From the NCBI GenBank assembly GCA_040285745.1, contig JAUFOR010000001.1, forward strand, positions 310,001-374,000: 64,000 nt of DNA. The letters run 5' to 3'. Within the stretch, counting starts at the first letter, position 1. Each line of letters opens with the position of its first letter. This DNA comes from Barthelona sp. PCE (taxonomy: Eukaryota). Positions 1 through 12,000 of the stretch are shown one piece after another. A program made the translations under genes and the position numbers. Below the pieces are notes generated by a model, which saw only the letters and a list, made by a program, of their open reading frames with translations, ran no database searches and had not been told where the DNA came from.

Positions 1-3000
1 TCTTTGAGGTGAGAATAGTATGAGAGAGTGAACTAGGTGCAAAGGAGCTAGGATTCAAGGCTCTCTCTCTCTCCTTCTCCTTAATCTGTTTTGAGAATGA
101 GCAGACTTTTTGAACAGCTTCAACAGATACTTCAAGTTGTTCAAGACCAGTCTGCTTATGATTTCTGATGAATTCCCTTGATAAGAGGTCAGTAATAACC
201 TTAAAAGTGCGCAAACTGACATCCTTATCAGAGTCCATATCATCAATCATTGATGATGGAACAAGCTGCTTGGAAATAAGATTGTTAACAGCATGTTCGA
301 AAACCAAGTGTGATCTGGTCTGAGGGAACATGACGAATAATGGAAGACAACTCAAGACAGCACCTTCAAACAGAGACATTTCATTGGGATCATTCTGCTT
401 CAATTTAACATCTTTCTCATCAAAATTGATTGAGCTCATAATCTTAACAGGTGTAGCTAATTCATCCATCATACTCTGAGTAGTAGCAGTGTTGTAATTA
501 GGTTCTGTCTCAAGAACATCTTCAAAATCATCGGTTAAAGACCACTCAGTTGTTAGAGGAACACCTTCACTACCAGATTCTATTTCACTAAATTCATGGT
601 CGATTACTGAAGTAGATTTGATGATGTTAGGGAATTGATCCGAAATAACATCTAGCGATTGATAGATCTGATTGAACAAGTGACCTACCGCTTCGATGTC
701 CTGTATATTGATATGATAGCGGCTTTGCTTAACATTTAAATCAACAAATTGTTTGAAATCAGCAGAATACAAGTTGTTTGCGTTTTTAATTAATTGAATC
801 TTTGATAAATGATTGCTTTCTAAGATGTTCAACTCACGGTTACAGTTAAGAATCATAAGATGCTTATCTTCAACCTTGTGGTATTTTTGACCTAACTCTA
901 AAGATAAAATACAGAAATCGAATAGAATAACAAGCGTGGGGGAGTTTAGTGAACGAATACACGATTCACATTGAATTAGCTTTTGGTGAATATTCTGAAC
1001 GAATAATCCACTTAAAGACTCAAAACTAAAACTCTCAATAGAGCTAAAGAAAGTATTGAGTGAAAAGAAACACTTGCGGAAATCATCAAAGTTTGCAAAC
1101 TTATCTCCTTGATTGAATAGGCCACTGAAAGCAGAGGCAAACATATTGAGAGAAGATATATCATCTGCGTCATTTCTGAGCAGAAGAACATCATTGACGC
1201 TGTTTTGGTCAAACTCTAAAATTCGTTGCATGAACGCACTGTGCTTTTCTTGACATTCCCCAAATTCATTCTTAAGATTATCATGTTCCTGAGTCAAACC
1301 ATTGATCTTACCTTGTAGTTTTGCAATATTGTCCTGTTGAACAACGACAGTCTCTTCAAACTCTGAAATTTTAATCTTGATTCCAGATAACTTCTTTCTC
1401 AATTTTCTTGATTTCTCCTGTACTTTTGACAAGTTGCAGGATGTGCTTAAAAGCTGTTGGTGATTTTGATTCATAGATTGTTGCATCCATCCGATGAAAG
1501 AGATTAGGAGAATACGAACATGGTTCTTCTCAAGCTCAAATTTCTTCAAGTTACCAACGATGTGATAAAATGAGTTGATTATATTCATGAAAAGAGTGTC
1601 AAACTGTACATCTTGAACTCCTGGACTGATACTGTTGCGTCCCCAAGCGAATTGGAAACCGTATGGACTACTAGGTAAATAAATCAGTTTTTGCATCAGT
1701 GATTTTGTCGTTAGGAACATAAAACTGAAAAAGTGTGCATAATCTTCTTTCGATTGAGTACTGCAAAGTTGATATGCACTATCCATAGTTGAACGATGGA
1801 ACATACGTTGCATTCGTTGAATGTCCTTACTCTTCTCATTGCTCTTTTGCTTACGCTCAAGAATTAAGATAAGATCAGTAACTATCTGAACATAATCGAC
1901 TTTGTTGTAACTAACATTTTGGAATACAATGGTACGTGATAGGATAGGAAGTACTCTCTTAACACATGATGGGTTACTGAAAAGTGATGGAGGGAAAAGA
2001 GTTATAAAGTTCAAATTTTTGTACAACCTCTCACAAATTAGATCCTCCACAGTGGATCCAAGAGTAACATCTGCAATACAAGCTTCTTTCAATTTATCAA
2101 GTTGTTTTTCGGAGAAGAAAAGAGAATTGCGAATTAGAAGGTTGAATTTTGTGTCTACTGCTGTTGAATCAATCAATAATGCAGTAAAATCATCAGCAAC
2201 TGTCGGATGATTATCACCATGAAGCCAGAAGTTTTGGTCAAAGAAGAAAATTACTGATTCTTTAAGAACAACTGAAGTATAAACCGCTTCGTAAAGTGTT
2301 TCGATAGATTTCTCAAACGTTATGTGAAATGGTACAAACTTCCTAACGCTATTGATGAGTGGTGCGTACGGTTTGATAATTTGTTCAATTGTGATGCTGA
2401 GAGGATACAAAAAGGTGATATGTAATCCAGGTGTTGTTAAAGCGTAAAGCCAAGAAGAAACTGAAAGAATGTCAGAAGATCCCACACGAATATCCATGTT
2501 AGGGTTGGCAAAATGAAGTGCCCTGAACAGTCTGAACCTTAGAACATCTTTATCGAATATGAGTGAGAGATCACCGTTTGATATGTTGTCGTGGCTAATT
2601 GGTTCACCGGTTGTTGAATGCTTATTAACCAATTGTAACGCTTTCTTGTGCAAAAAGAAGAGGTTATCTGTCTTGGGCAACTGCTCAATAACATCACCAG
2701 TGAAGAAGTGAGATATTGCCTGGTCAATGGTCTTGATAACGAATGTTTTCTGCGACTGGGTGTCGAGTCTGTTGAGATAAAAAATACACAACAGGAAGAT
2801 AAAGTGGCTTGTGAACGCGACTTCGAATGTCTCTGAGTTAGGTACATGTGCGCAAAGATAGTGAGCAAATGTTTGGACATGGAATGAACTGAATGCCAAA
2901 TATGGATGAGTGACATCCTGTTTTAAAGCACTTTTGAACTTGTGGATCAGGAATGATAGCGTATTAAATACAGTTTCTACAAGTTCAATATGTTTGGTAT

Positions 3001-6000
3001 CGACTAAACTCAACTTTTTGGTAACAAAATCAACAGTATGTTTGACGAACGACTGTTTTTTCAAATCAGAAAATGTAATAACAAACATGTTTTGGACAGC
3101 TTGATTTAAGTGAGCAAAAGTTGAAGATACAGGATGGAAGACGGGCAAATTAAATCGACCAATCATCAAGAATGAGGTATTCTCAAACTTAACGGTGAGG
3201 TTGTGATGTGGGATGTAGAACTCATGGTTATTTAGGACTGACTGCATCAAATTTAGCACACTGTTACTTGCAAAATGAACATTCTCAAACACTAAAACGA
3301 AATGATCTCCCTTGCGCGAAGGCTTAATTGTGTTACGGTTGTACAACGGAAGAGTCTGATACATGAGACGAACAACATGTTTTGCACTGAAAGTAGGGAA
3401 TATGTGGATGTACATAAAGATAGAGTTAGTACCCAGATCATTAAAACGTTTGGGGACATCGAATTGATCATAGTGAACAAAGCGATAATAATTATTCAAG
3501 AAAATTGTTGCATTGAGCGGTTTACCATTATCCATATCATTACGCAGTGAGTCGAAGTAGACATCAAGGATATGAGTCATTGAATCCCTTTTATCTTCTT
3601 TTTCAAACAGCTCAATCTCATTGTTTTGGATTCCATGAATATCTATATCATCAATAACGATGCTATTTTGCTGTGTGCGATGTGTGCGGTTGGAATCTCG
3701 ATCAGTCTGGCGTACACTTTTCTTGAGAGGTACATTTCCAATACTGAAACCAGATCTTGCAGTGTTACTAATGTTTTCTTTGGAGACAAGGGAACTCTTG
3801 AATAGCGTTTGGCCATTCTGGTTGTCGATAATGGCTGCACATTTCTGACATTCAGCAACAAAGTATTGACTTAAAAATGAAAGTTCAGATTCTTGAACAC
3901 CTAGATAGAAACCGAAGCAATAAAAAAGCCAAAGTAAGAACTGCAGTTTGTTTGTTGTTTTTTCCTTAACACTACTATAAATCCACAAAACATTCTCAAT
4001 TCGAGAACTTGCATTGAATAAAACAGTCTGAAAATCCTTTAAATTACTACTATAACGAGTAAAGACCTTGTACAATGTGTTGATGAAATAATCAAATACC
4101 TCACCACCACCAAATTTCATTGAATAGCTGCAGCTATTGAAGTAATGGAACTTTAACAATTTATGCGTTGTATTGATTTTTGAATGATCAATCTTAATCG
4201 AGAGAGCATCATTTTTAAGGATAGGATCCAAGTAAAATATTTGCTTCTCTGCAATTAGTGACATATTATTAAGACGAACACTTGTTTGCTTCATAAGAGT
4301 GGGATTCTCATCAATGCCACCATAAATAGTATCCAAATACACTTCATCAATAATTCCATTGAGTATAGGCATGTAACTAGGAGCTGAAGTCATGAAATGT
4401 ATGACTTTGATAGTTGGTGTCACCTTGAAGTAGAAAAGGTTGCTTACAGCGTATTTGATAACGCTAACCATTGTATTGGAGTAAGAATCAAGCGGATCTA
4501 GTGTATAGATGTAAATGAAAATATTCGGCAAATTGTTGAAGTTAAAACCCCTTTCAATTGACTCATTATAGATACTTGAGCTGATGCGGAAACCTTCGTT
4601 CTTAAAGTGAAGGTTGACATTACCAACAGAACTGAACGATGAAGCATTAATAAAGAATGATTGGACAATAGTCGTATCATCATCTTCAGCAAGGCGACTT
4701 GTTCGTTTAGTGAACATTGTGAAGTTTGAAATTAAATCTTTGGCGACAGCATACATACTAGATGGATGACTCCTGGTACTCATAACAACCACAGTATCTG
4801 AAAATTTAAACCGATCAATCATATTATCAACAAAAGCCAAACAACCGTCATCATTCATTAAAACATCAAGGTTAAGACCTGAGAACATAGAGAATGGCAG
4901 TTCAATTTCAGAAAGTGCTTCGAAGTACTGATCAAAATTCTTAAAACTTTTGATAACAATATCATAAAGCGAAAGCGATCCCATAGAAGAGAAATCTGAA
5001 GAATATTGTGATTGTATACATAAATGTCCTTGATTCTGAAGATATTTGAATGTCGAATATGCCATACAACGTTTGAAGTAGAAAAACCTGATATCTTCCT
5101 CAGCTGTTGGTAAACCTAACGTGTTTGTCAAGATGAATTCATATAAATGTATCGAACCACATAAAATCATTCGTTGAGCTGTTTCATTGAAATGCACACG
5201 AACACCAAAAGATCTAAGTATCCAATATATTTCATTCAAGAAATTACTGAGCTCATACAACGTTCCCATAACATGAGGAATCCTCTTCTTTGTCAATACT
5301 GGAACAAAAGCCATTGCCTCGTACAAAATAGAGCTTCCAGAGTGATTCCAATGTGTATGAAGATCAATCGTAACACAGTCAAGCTGAGGCAAGCTGTAGT
5401 TCGGGTCTGTTGAGCACACAATACATCTGCAATCAGAGTTCGCATATCTTTCGATGATTAGCGTTTGAACTTTAACAGGTAATACATTGAAGTGATTAAA
5501 ACATGCTATAGTAGTCGTTTTTTCACCGGCACTAACAAAGAACTCTACACGGCTCATCATGAGATCGGCATTTAGTTCGTTCTTGTCATTGAGCAGATCG
5601 TTTGCGAGCTGGATACAATCAAATATGTAGAACGGAGCCATTATATAACCCAAAAAAGCCAATCTTAACATAGGAAGCATGTGTGCCATCTCACCATGTA
5701 AATAAACGATAGATTTAAGAGAGAAACATTCAAAACAAATGGAAAGAACACGATATATATCAGGAGTTAACATTGGAGGCAGATCGTTACTGACAATAGT
5801 TCGGGGGAACTTGAGCTTTGAGGAATTAATGTGCGTTGAACCTTCTTCATCGAAAACAAAAATAATATTGTTCTTAAAGATTTGATTTGCTTTGTAGCTG
5901 TTGATTTGATAGTCTTCAATCTCTTCAAATGTACAATCAATATATTTTGTCTCAAAAATCAAGTTAGAATCGTCAACAGGTGTAACAAATTCATCTACAT

Positions 6001-9000
6001 TCTCCATATTCATTTCAGAACATACGGGCAAGTTAGCCAAATCAGTTTCAGTTACAGGTATTGGTACCTTGACAGGAAGTGCTTGATGTTTGAGGATGAA
6101 TGGTAAAAGATATCTGAAGTAATGAACAACATCATTATCATCATCAAACTTAAACATAGTGGAGGTATCGTCTTCATTCAAAATATTAAATATTTCTAGT
6201 AAGATAGACACAAAGTTATTTGCTGAATGTTGTTCGTGATGTTGGAGATAGTCATATAAATGATAACGACGCATGTATAAGGGATGATCGATCTTATCAA
6301 ATGAGTTCAGCTTATCTACAAACTCTGAAGGTGAAAGTTTGAGCATACCAGGATGAATGTCAAGGAATACCATCCATTCACCTCGTACATGAGCGCCGAA
6401 TTCACCCAAAAATCCACCAAAAAACTCTGCAATGGAGTGAAGATCTCCAACGAATTTATGGTGTCTGTGCTGGACCAAGCGGTGTGACTGATCAATAAGA
6501 TGGGTGATCATACCCTCTTCATCGATGCGGAAACCGTCAGTATTAGGTCCCAGTTGTGTGAAAGATAGTTGAATTGCTGCATTCTCACTGGAAAAATTTC
6601 CAAATATATAGGGATTATTTCTGAACTTCTGAATGAGTACAGCGTTAACAGCCAAATTGATCGGCTGCACGTAACCCAGATACGCAGCTCTTGCTACCCA
6701 AGTAGGATACATTGTGGGAAGGAATTCGTTTAACTGAGAAGCAAAAACACGACAGTAGAGTGATAATTGATCAATACGGTTCTCAGAATACATATCAAGA
6801 ACACAACCGATGCTACTCATATCCTTTATCAAACTGAAATAGCTGGTGCATTGTTTCATGATATCATCAATCAGAGGAATATGTTCTTGACCATTACGAG
6901 AAAATTCATATACACAGAAAAGCATTGTCTCAAATAGCATATTTGTGTTAAACAATACAGACATTAGAGATCGTAGATTTTTCAATGATTTGCTCCATGC
7001 TTGAAGTTTACCCCCAAAACGTTGAGTAAAGTAGGACATTGCAACAGATATTTTTTCATTTGAGTTCGATAGCATTCTAAAAATTGGCATTTTGAAACAT
7101 ACAACTTCACTAAAAGGAGATTTAAGAATCTCAGGAAAATGAAGGGCTTGTGCAAATGGACTCTCCTCAAAAGAGTATTCAGAAAATAGACTTAAATCGG
7201 TAAAATATGGTAGATTGAGTTGTACCTTACTACGTTCATCAACGAAAGAGAGTAATTCAGGCATGAACTGATCAAGTTTTTTAAAGAACAAAGATTCGCT
7301 ATCGATATCCATCACAAGATGATCAAATGCCAAATGTTTAATAAGCCACATTGATTCTAAATCAGAAAAGACGATCTCTACCTCTCTTTCATCATAACTT
7401 TGACGAACAAGAGATTTTAATTTATCATAATTATTTTCATTATTGAAAAACGTTTTGAAACATTGTCTTGCATTGAAATCTAAAGTTGATGAGAAATTCA
7501 TATTGGTTAAGTTGCTTAAAAGTACCCAGAAGTACTCTGAAACTCCATAAAGCTGACAAACAACTTCAGTGATAGAAATGATTTCATCAATTTCTTGCAT
7601 TAAAACATTAATGTGCTCCATTAAATCTGCAGATTTGAAGGTTTGAAGTGTTTCTGCAATCTCTTTCATACCATTAAGGAATAATTCATGATTGAAATTT
7701 TTGAAAGTTGAATCCAATTCTTCCATTGTGATAAGTACCGTCTCAAAAATGGACCAAAGTTGTTTGTAATCATTCAAAACAGATAAACATGAAAATTTCG
7801 GGATCACAATACTTGTTTTGACTATTCGAGAATATCCCTTGAGCTCATCAGCTTCCAAACGCAATGAATCTAATTCAGAATAGTGATTAGAAATGATTTC
7901 AAGTGATTGGGAAACTGTAGCACCGAAGTGTTCTGAAAAGACACCTAGTTTGGTATCACCAAAGGGAACAGCGGATAAAACAGTATTATTTAATTCTTCT
8001 ATCTGTTTTGAAATGACGGTAGCAGCTTCCTCAATCTTTCCAACGAATGTTTGCATGTTCCTTGTAATTTGTGATTGGAGAGCTTCAACACCACTGGAAA
8101 TACGTGCTTCCAACGAGTCACACGCTTTTAGAAGCCTGTGTACTTTCGTTAGTGTCTCTGTTTCATAGCGAAGAGCTGAACTGTTCTCATACACTTTAAC
8201 AATGCTTATGCAGAAGTTCTTCATTTGCTTGAAACGCTTGTCATTAAGAGACAAATCACGTATTTGCTTAGAAATAGCCTCAACAACGTGCACCTTCTGA
8301 TCAATATCACTATGTTCCAATTGCTTACGACTCTCCAATATGTTTGTCAGTGATGTATCAAGATACATTCGAATGTGATTGCTAATTTGAATCAGCGTAG
8401 TGTTAAGTAACTTCTTTACCTTAAACATAATCGAATAATACTTGGAGCACATCGAGTCTGCAAATGGAGAAAGGTCAAAGTTAACGAAAATGACTTGGTT
8501 ACTAAGGCTTATGGCCTGTGTTAGATCACTGATTTCTTCTAGTAATTCAATTTTTGGCTTGAGCATGTCAAAGAATTTCTTTTGACTTGCAACTACTTTG
8601 AATTTGGCAAGTCGCGTAACATGCTCATCGTTTTGCGTCTTTTTATCAACATCATCAACTAGCTTACTGATATTGTCGAGTTGAAGCACTTGATTAAGCT
8701 TGATAGAGTCAAATAAAACACTAAATTTAGTGTATTGATCATCAATAATGATGTTCATAGTCTGAGCAAATTGAGTGACATTGCTAAAAATAGATTTAAC
8801 AAGATCGTTAATCGTTGGGTTGTCAAATAACGCTTCAATTATTGGTTGTCCAACGACAATAAGCTTCTTCACAGACATACGGGGAGTACTAAGCTCCAAT
8901 GAACCTGTGTTCGACTTACTTAAAGCTGTACCTGGCAGAATAAGAGTTTTAAAAGAGACGAATAAACGGTGTAAAAGCTGTTCAACAAAGAGGTCTAAAC

Positions 9001-12000
9001 CACTGGAATTGCTAATATGAACAGAGTTAAAATTGTCATCTAAAAGAACCTTCCATACACATTGATCCTCGTTATCAACAATCTTTAATGCATTGCCTAA
9101 ATGATAGTCAGGGATACTCTTGATACTATCACCTGCTAAGTACACCCGACCTTTCAGGAAGGATCCACCTTCTTGAACATCAAAAACTTGTTTAAGACCC
9201 TGTAATGTGATGACTAGGGCTTCTTCAGTCTTTTTAACGAGTAAAGATGAGATATGCGAAGTAAAATCTTGCCAATGTTTGTCTAAACGGGTTACAAAGA
9301 CTTGTGTACGAGCTTTTTCAATTAATGCAAGTAATTGTTCATTAAATGTATCAAAGACAGAGACTAACTTGGATAGATGAGTAATGTTTTCATTGTACAC
9401 ATCAACAAAATCAGCATCAATAAAATAAAGTGCAAGAATGCGATTGTCTGAAGAGAGGGGGTCGAAAAAATTAACAATAAAATCAATTATATCAAAAATT
9501 GATTGAGCTTTATCAGTTAGAATATTGATATCGTTGGAGAACATTTCTGAAAATGCATTAACATTAGGTGTCTTCCAGATCATATCATTGCAAGCAACCT
9601 TAATGTCATTATGTACACTCTTGAAGTCTTCCTCTAATAAACGATAGAATATATTGTTGAAATTAGCTTGAATCTTATTAAACTTTCTACAACTCACAGT
9701 AAGTGTTGATAGAAGGTTTTGAAAACGTATGAAGAAGTTAGAATATTCAATTATCTTGGAAGGAAGATTACTCTTAATAGCGTCAGAGATGTCAGTGCCA
9801 TTCTTGAAAAAGGTTGACTTTTTAACAATAGAATAAAACTTGTAAACTTCTTCGAAAATCCAGTAATCCTCAAAAAGATTTAACTGAAGATAGTCCATCT
9901 CGTCTTTATACAAAATTGAAGACATAAAGAAATCTTCAATAGTAGGAACCTTCTTCTCAACAGCTGAACAAAATGATTCTATAAATGCAAGTTTTAACTC
10001 AATGTTTAGGTTTAGCAATGAAGTAATAAACTCGCTCAAGTTATCGCTGAATCGAAGAATAACATTGGGTGAATCAAATGAGCTGTTGTTTTTCGAAGGA
10101 AGTAGAAGACTGGGGTTTGCATCAAGTGTATCAACAAACTCATTGAATTCTTGAGCAATTTTCTTTAACTCTTTATCAGTGATGTCCTCATCAATATAAG
10201 ATTCCAGATGAGTAGTATCAAGATCATTGAACAGTTGGGAAATCTTGTTAAGGAAGTTGTTGTTTTGATTAATCAAATTTAGAAATTCAAAATGAAGAAT
10301 TGACTTAGTATTCTTCAAGTTTTCATGTAGTTCAATAACAAATGATTGATCGTTATCTAAATTTGGCAAACAATAATTGTTAATGGTCATTGAAACTTTT
10401 TCTACTCCAATAATTTCACCAATTTCATGAAGAAAAGTTCTAATCTGAATTAAAATATTGTTTAAGAAACCATATCCCAATAACAAAAGTCTGTAATAAT
10501 ACCTATTTATGTAAAAATAAGATCTGTTCATGAGTACATTTTGTAAACTAATCATAAATCGAAAATAACTCTCAAAATTCTGAAATGTGAAGATAGTTTC
10601 ATTGAGTTTCTCACAAATTGAATGATTAAGTGATAATAACTTTGTTCTAAATTTGTTGAATTGCTCAAAGAAATAACTGTTATCGATAAATAAAATATTT
10701 GAATGGGAGCTGTCTAACAGATTACGTAAGAAATCTACAATATATGCTTCATATGTGACAATAAGGGTGGAATAGGTGGAAATCCACTCATTTGAGTCCA
10801 TAGAAAATACTTGCATGTTGATACCATTACGAAGACTACTAAATTCAACTACCCGAAGTAGAAATTCTTCGACATGACCAATGAATTCGATAAAACTGCT
10901 TAATTCACCGAATGCATCCACGCTCTTGAGTTCAATCCAAGCATTGTCAGAATTAATGCTTGTGTTAAGGTTTCTGTAATGGAAAAACATCTGTCTGACA
11001 AAGTTGCAAATAAAAAGTGTTGTTTTGATTTTTTGAATTATTATTACAGTATTGTCACAGAAATTAACAAAAGGAGTCGACAATAATTTTCCTTCTTCAT
11101 CAAAAACTAGAGAAAGATCAAACATCGAGTCGCTAATCAGATATTTTTTTGCTTTAAGCATTATTTCATTACTGATTGAACTGATTAAAAGATTCAAATT
11201 ACGTTCAGAACAGTAAAAAGAATTCTTCTGAAAAACTAAGTGAAGTGCCTCAAAGATGCAGATAATATTCTGTGACAATCGAGGAAATTCTTCAACACTA
11301 CTTGTTTCAAGATCAAGAAGAAAAGGATTGAGAAAGTTAAGATATAGTGCAACGAATTTGACATCATTATGAAATTCTTTTAGTTCTTTGACTTTTCCTT
11401 TAATGCTTATTACAATGTTGATATCAATGGTCTCAAAATGTTTCAAGAAAGCAACAAAATTACGTTGTTTAAGAACTTTTAAAACATTCTCTATTTGCTC
11501 AATCCTACTCGAATAAAAAAAGTGTTCATTACTGGGTTTATCAATTATGTGTTGAAGATTGAACATACGTTCGATCAAAGCCAATACTTTGCGGCCATAA
11601 TCAATTACAGTTTCATTTGGAATATGAATCGTATCAAAAAATTCACTATCGTCAAACAAATTAAAAATTGTTTTAATCACATTTGTATCATCAATTTCAC
11701 TTATATTTGCAGTGCTTTCAGTTACTATATCCTCAGTGATGAAATCTAAACGTTGTTTCTGAGGCTTTTTCAAGATTCTATTCAGAATGTCTAAAACACC
11801 ATCACCTAAAGATGACGTATTACCTTCAATAATTAAAAGTTGATCCACGAGTTCTGCGAGATCAGAGTATTCAATGGAATCATAGTGGAACGGTTTAACA
11901 AAAAATATGCAGGTTTTGTTAATGTTCAACATTTGTTGAGAATTTGTGCACCAGGTGTTGTCCTCAGGGTCTATAGTGAGGGTTCGTGTGGTTGCGTCAA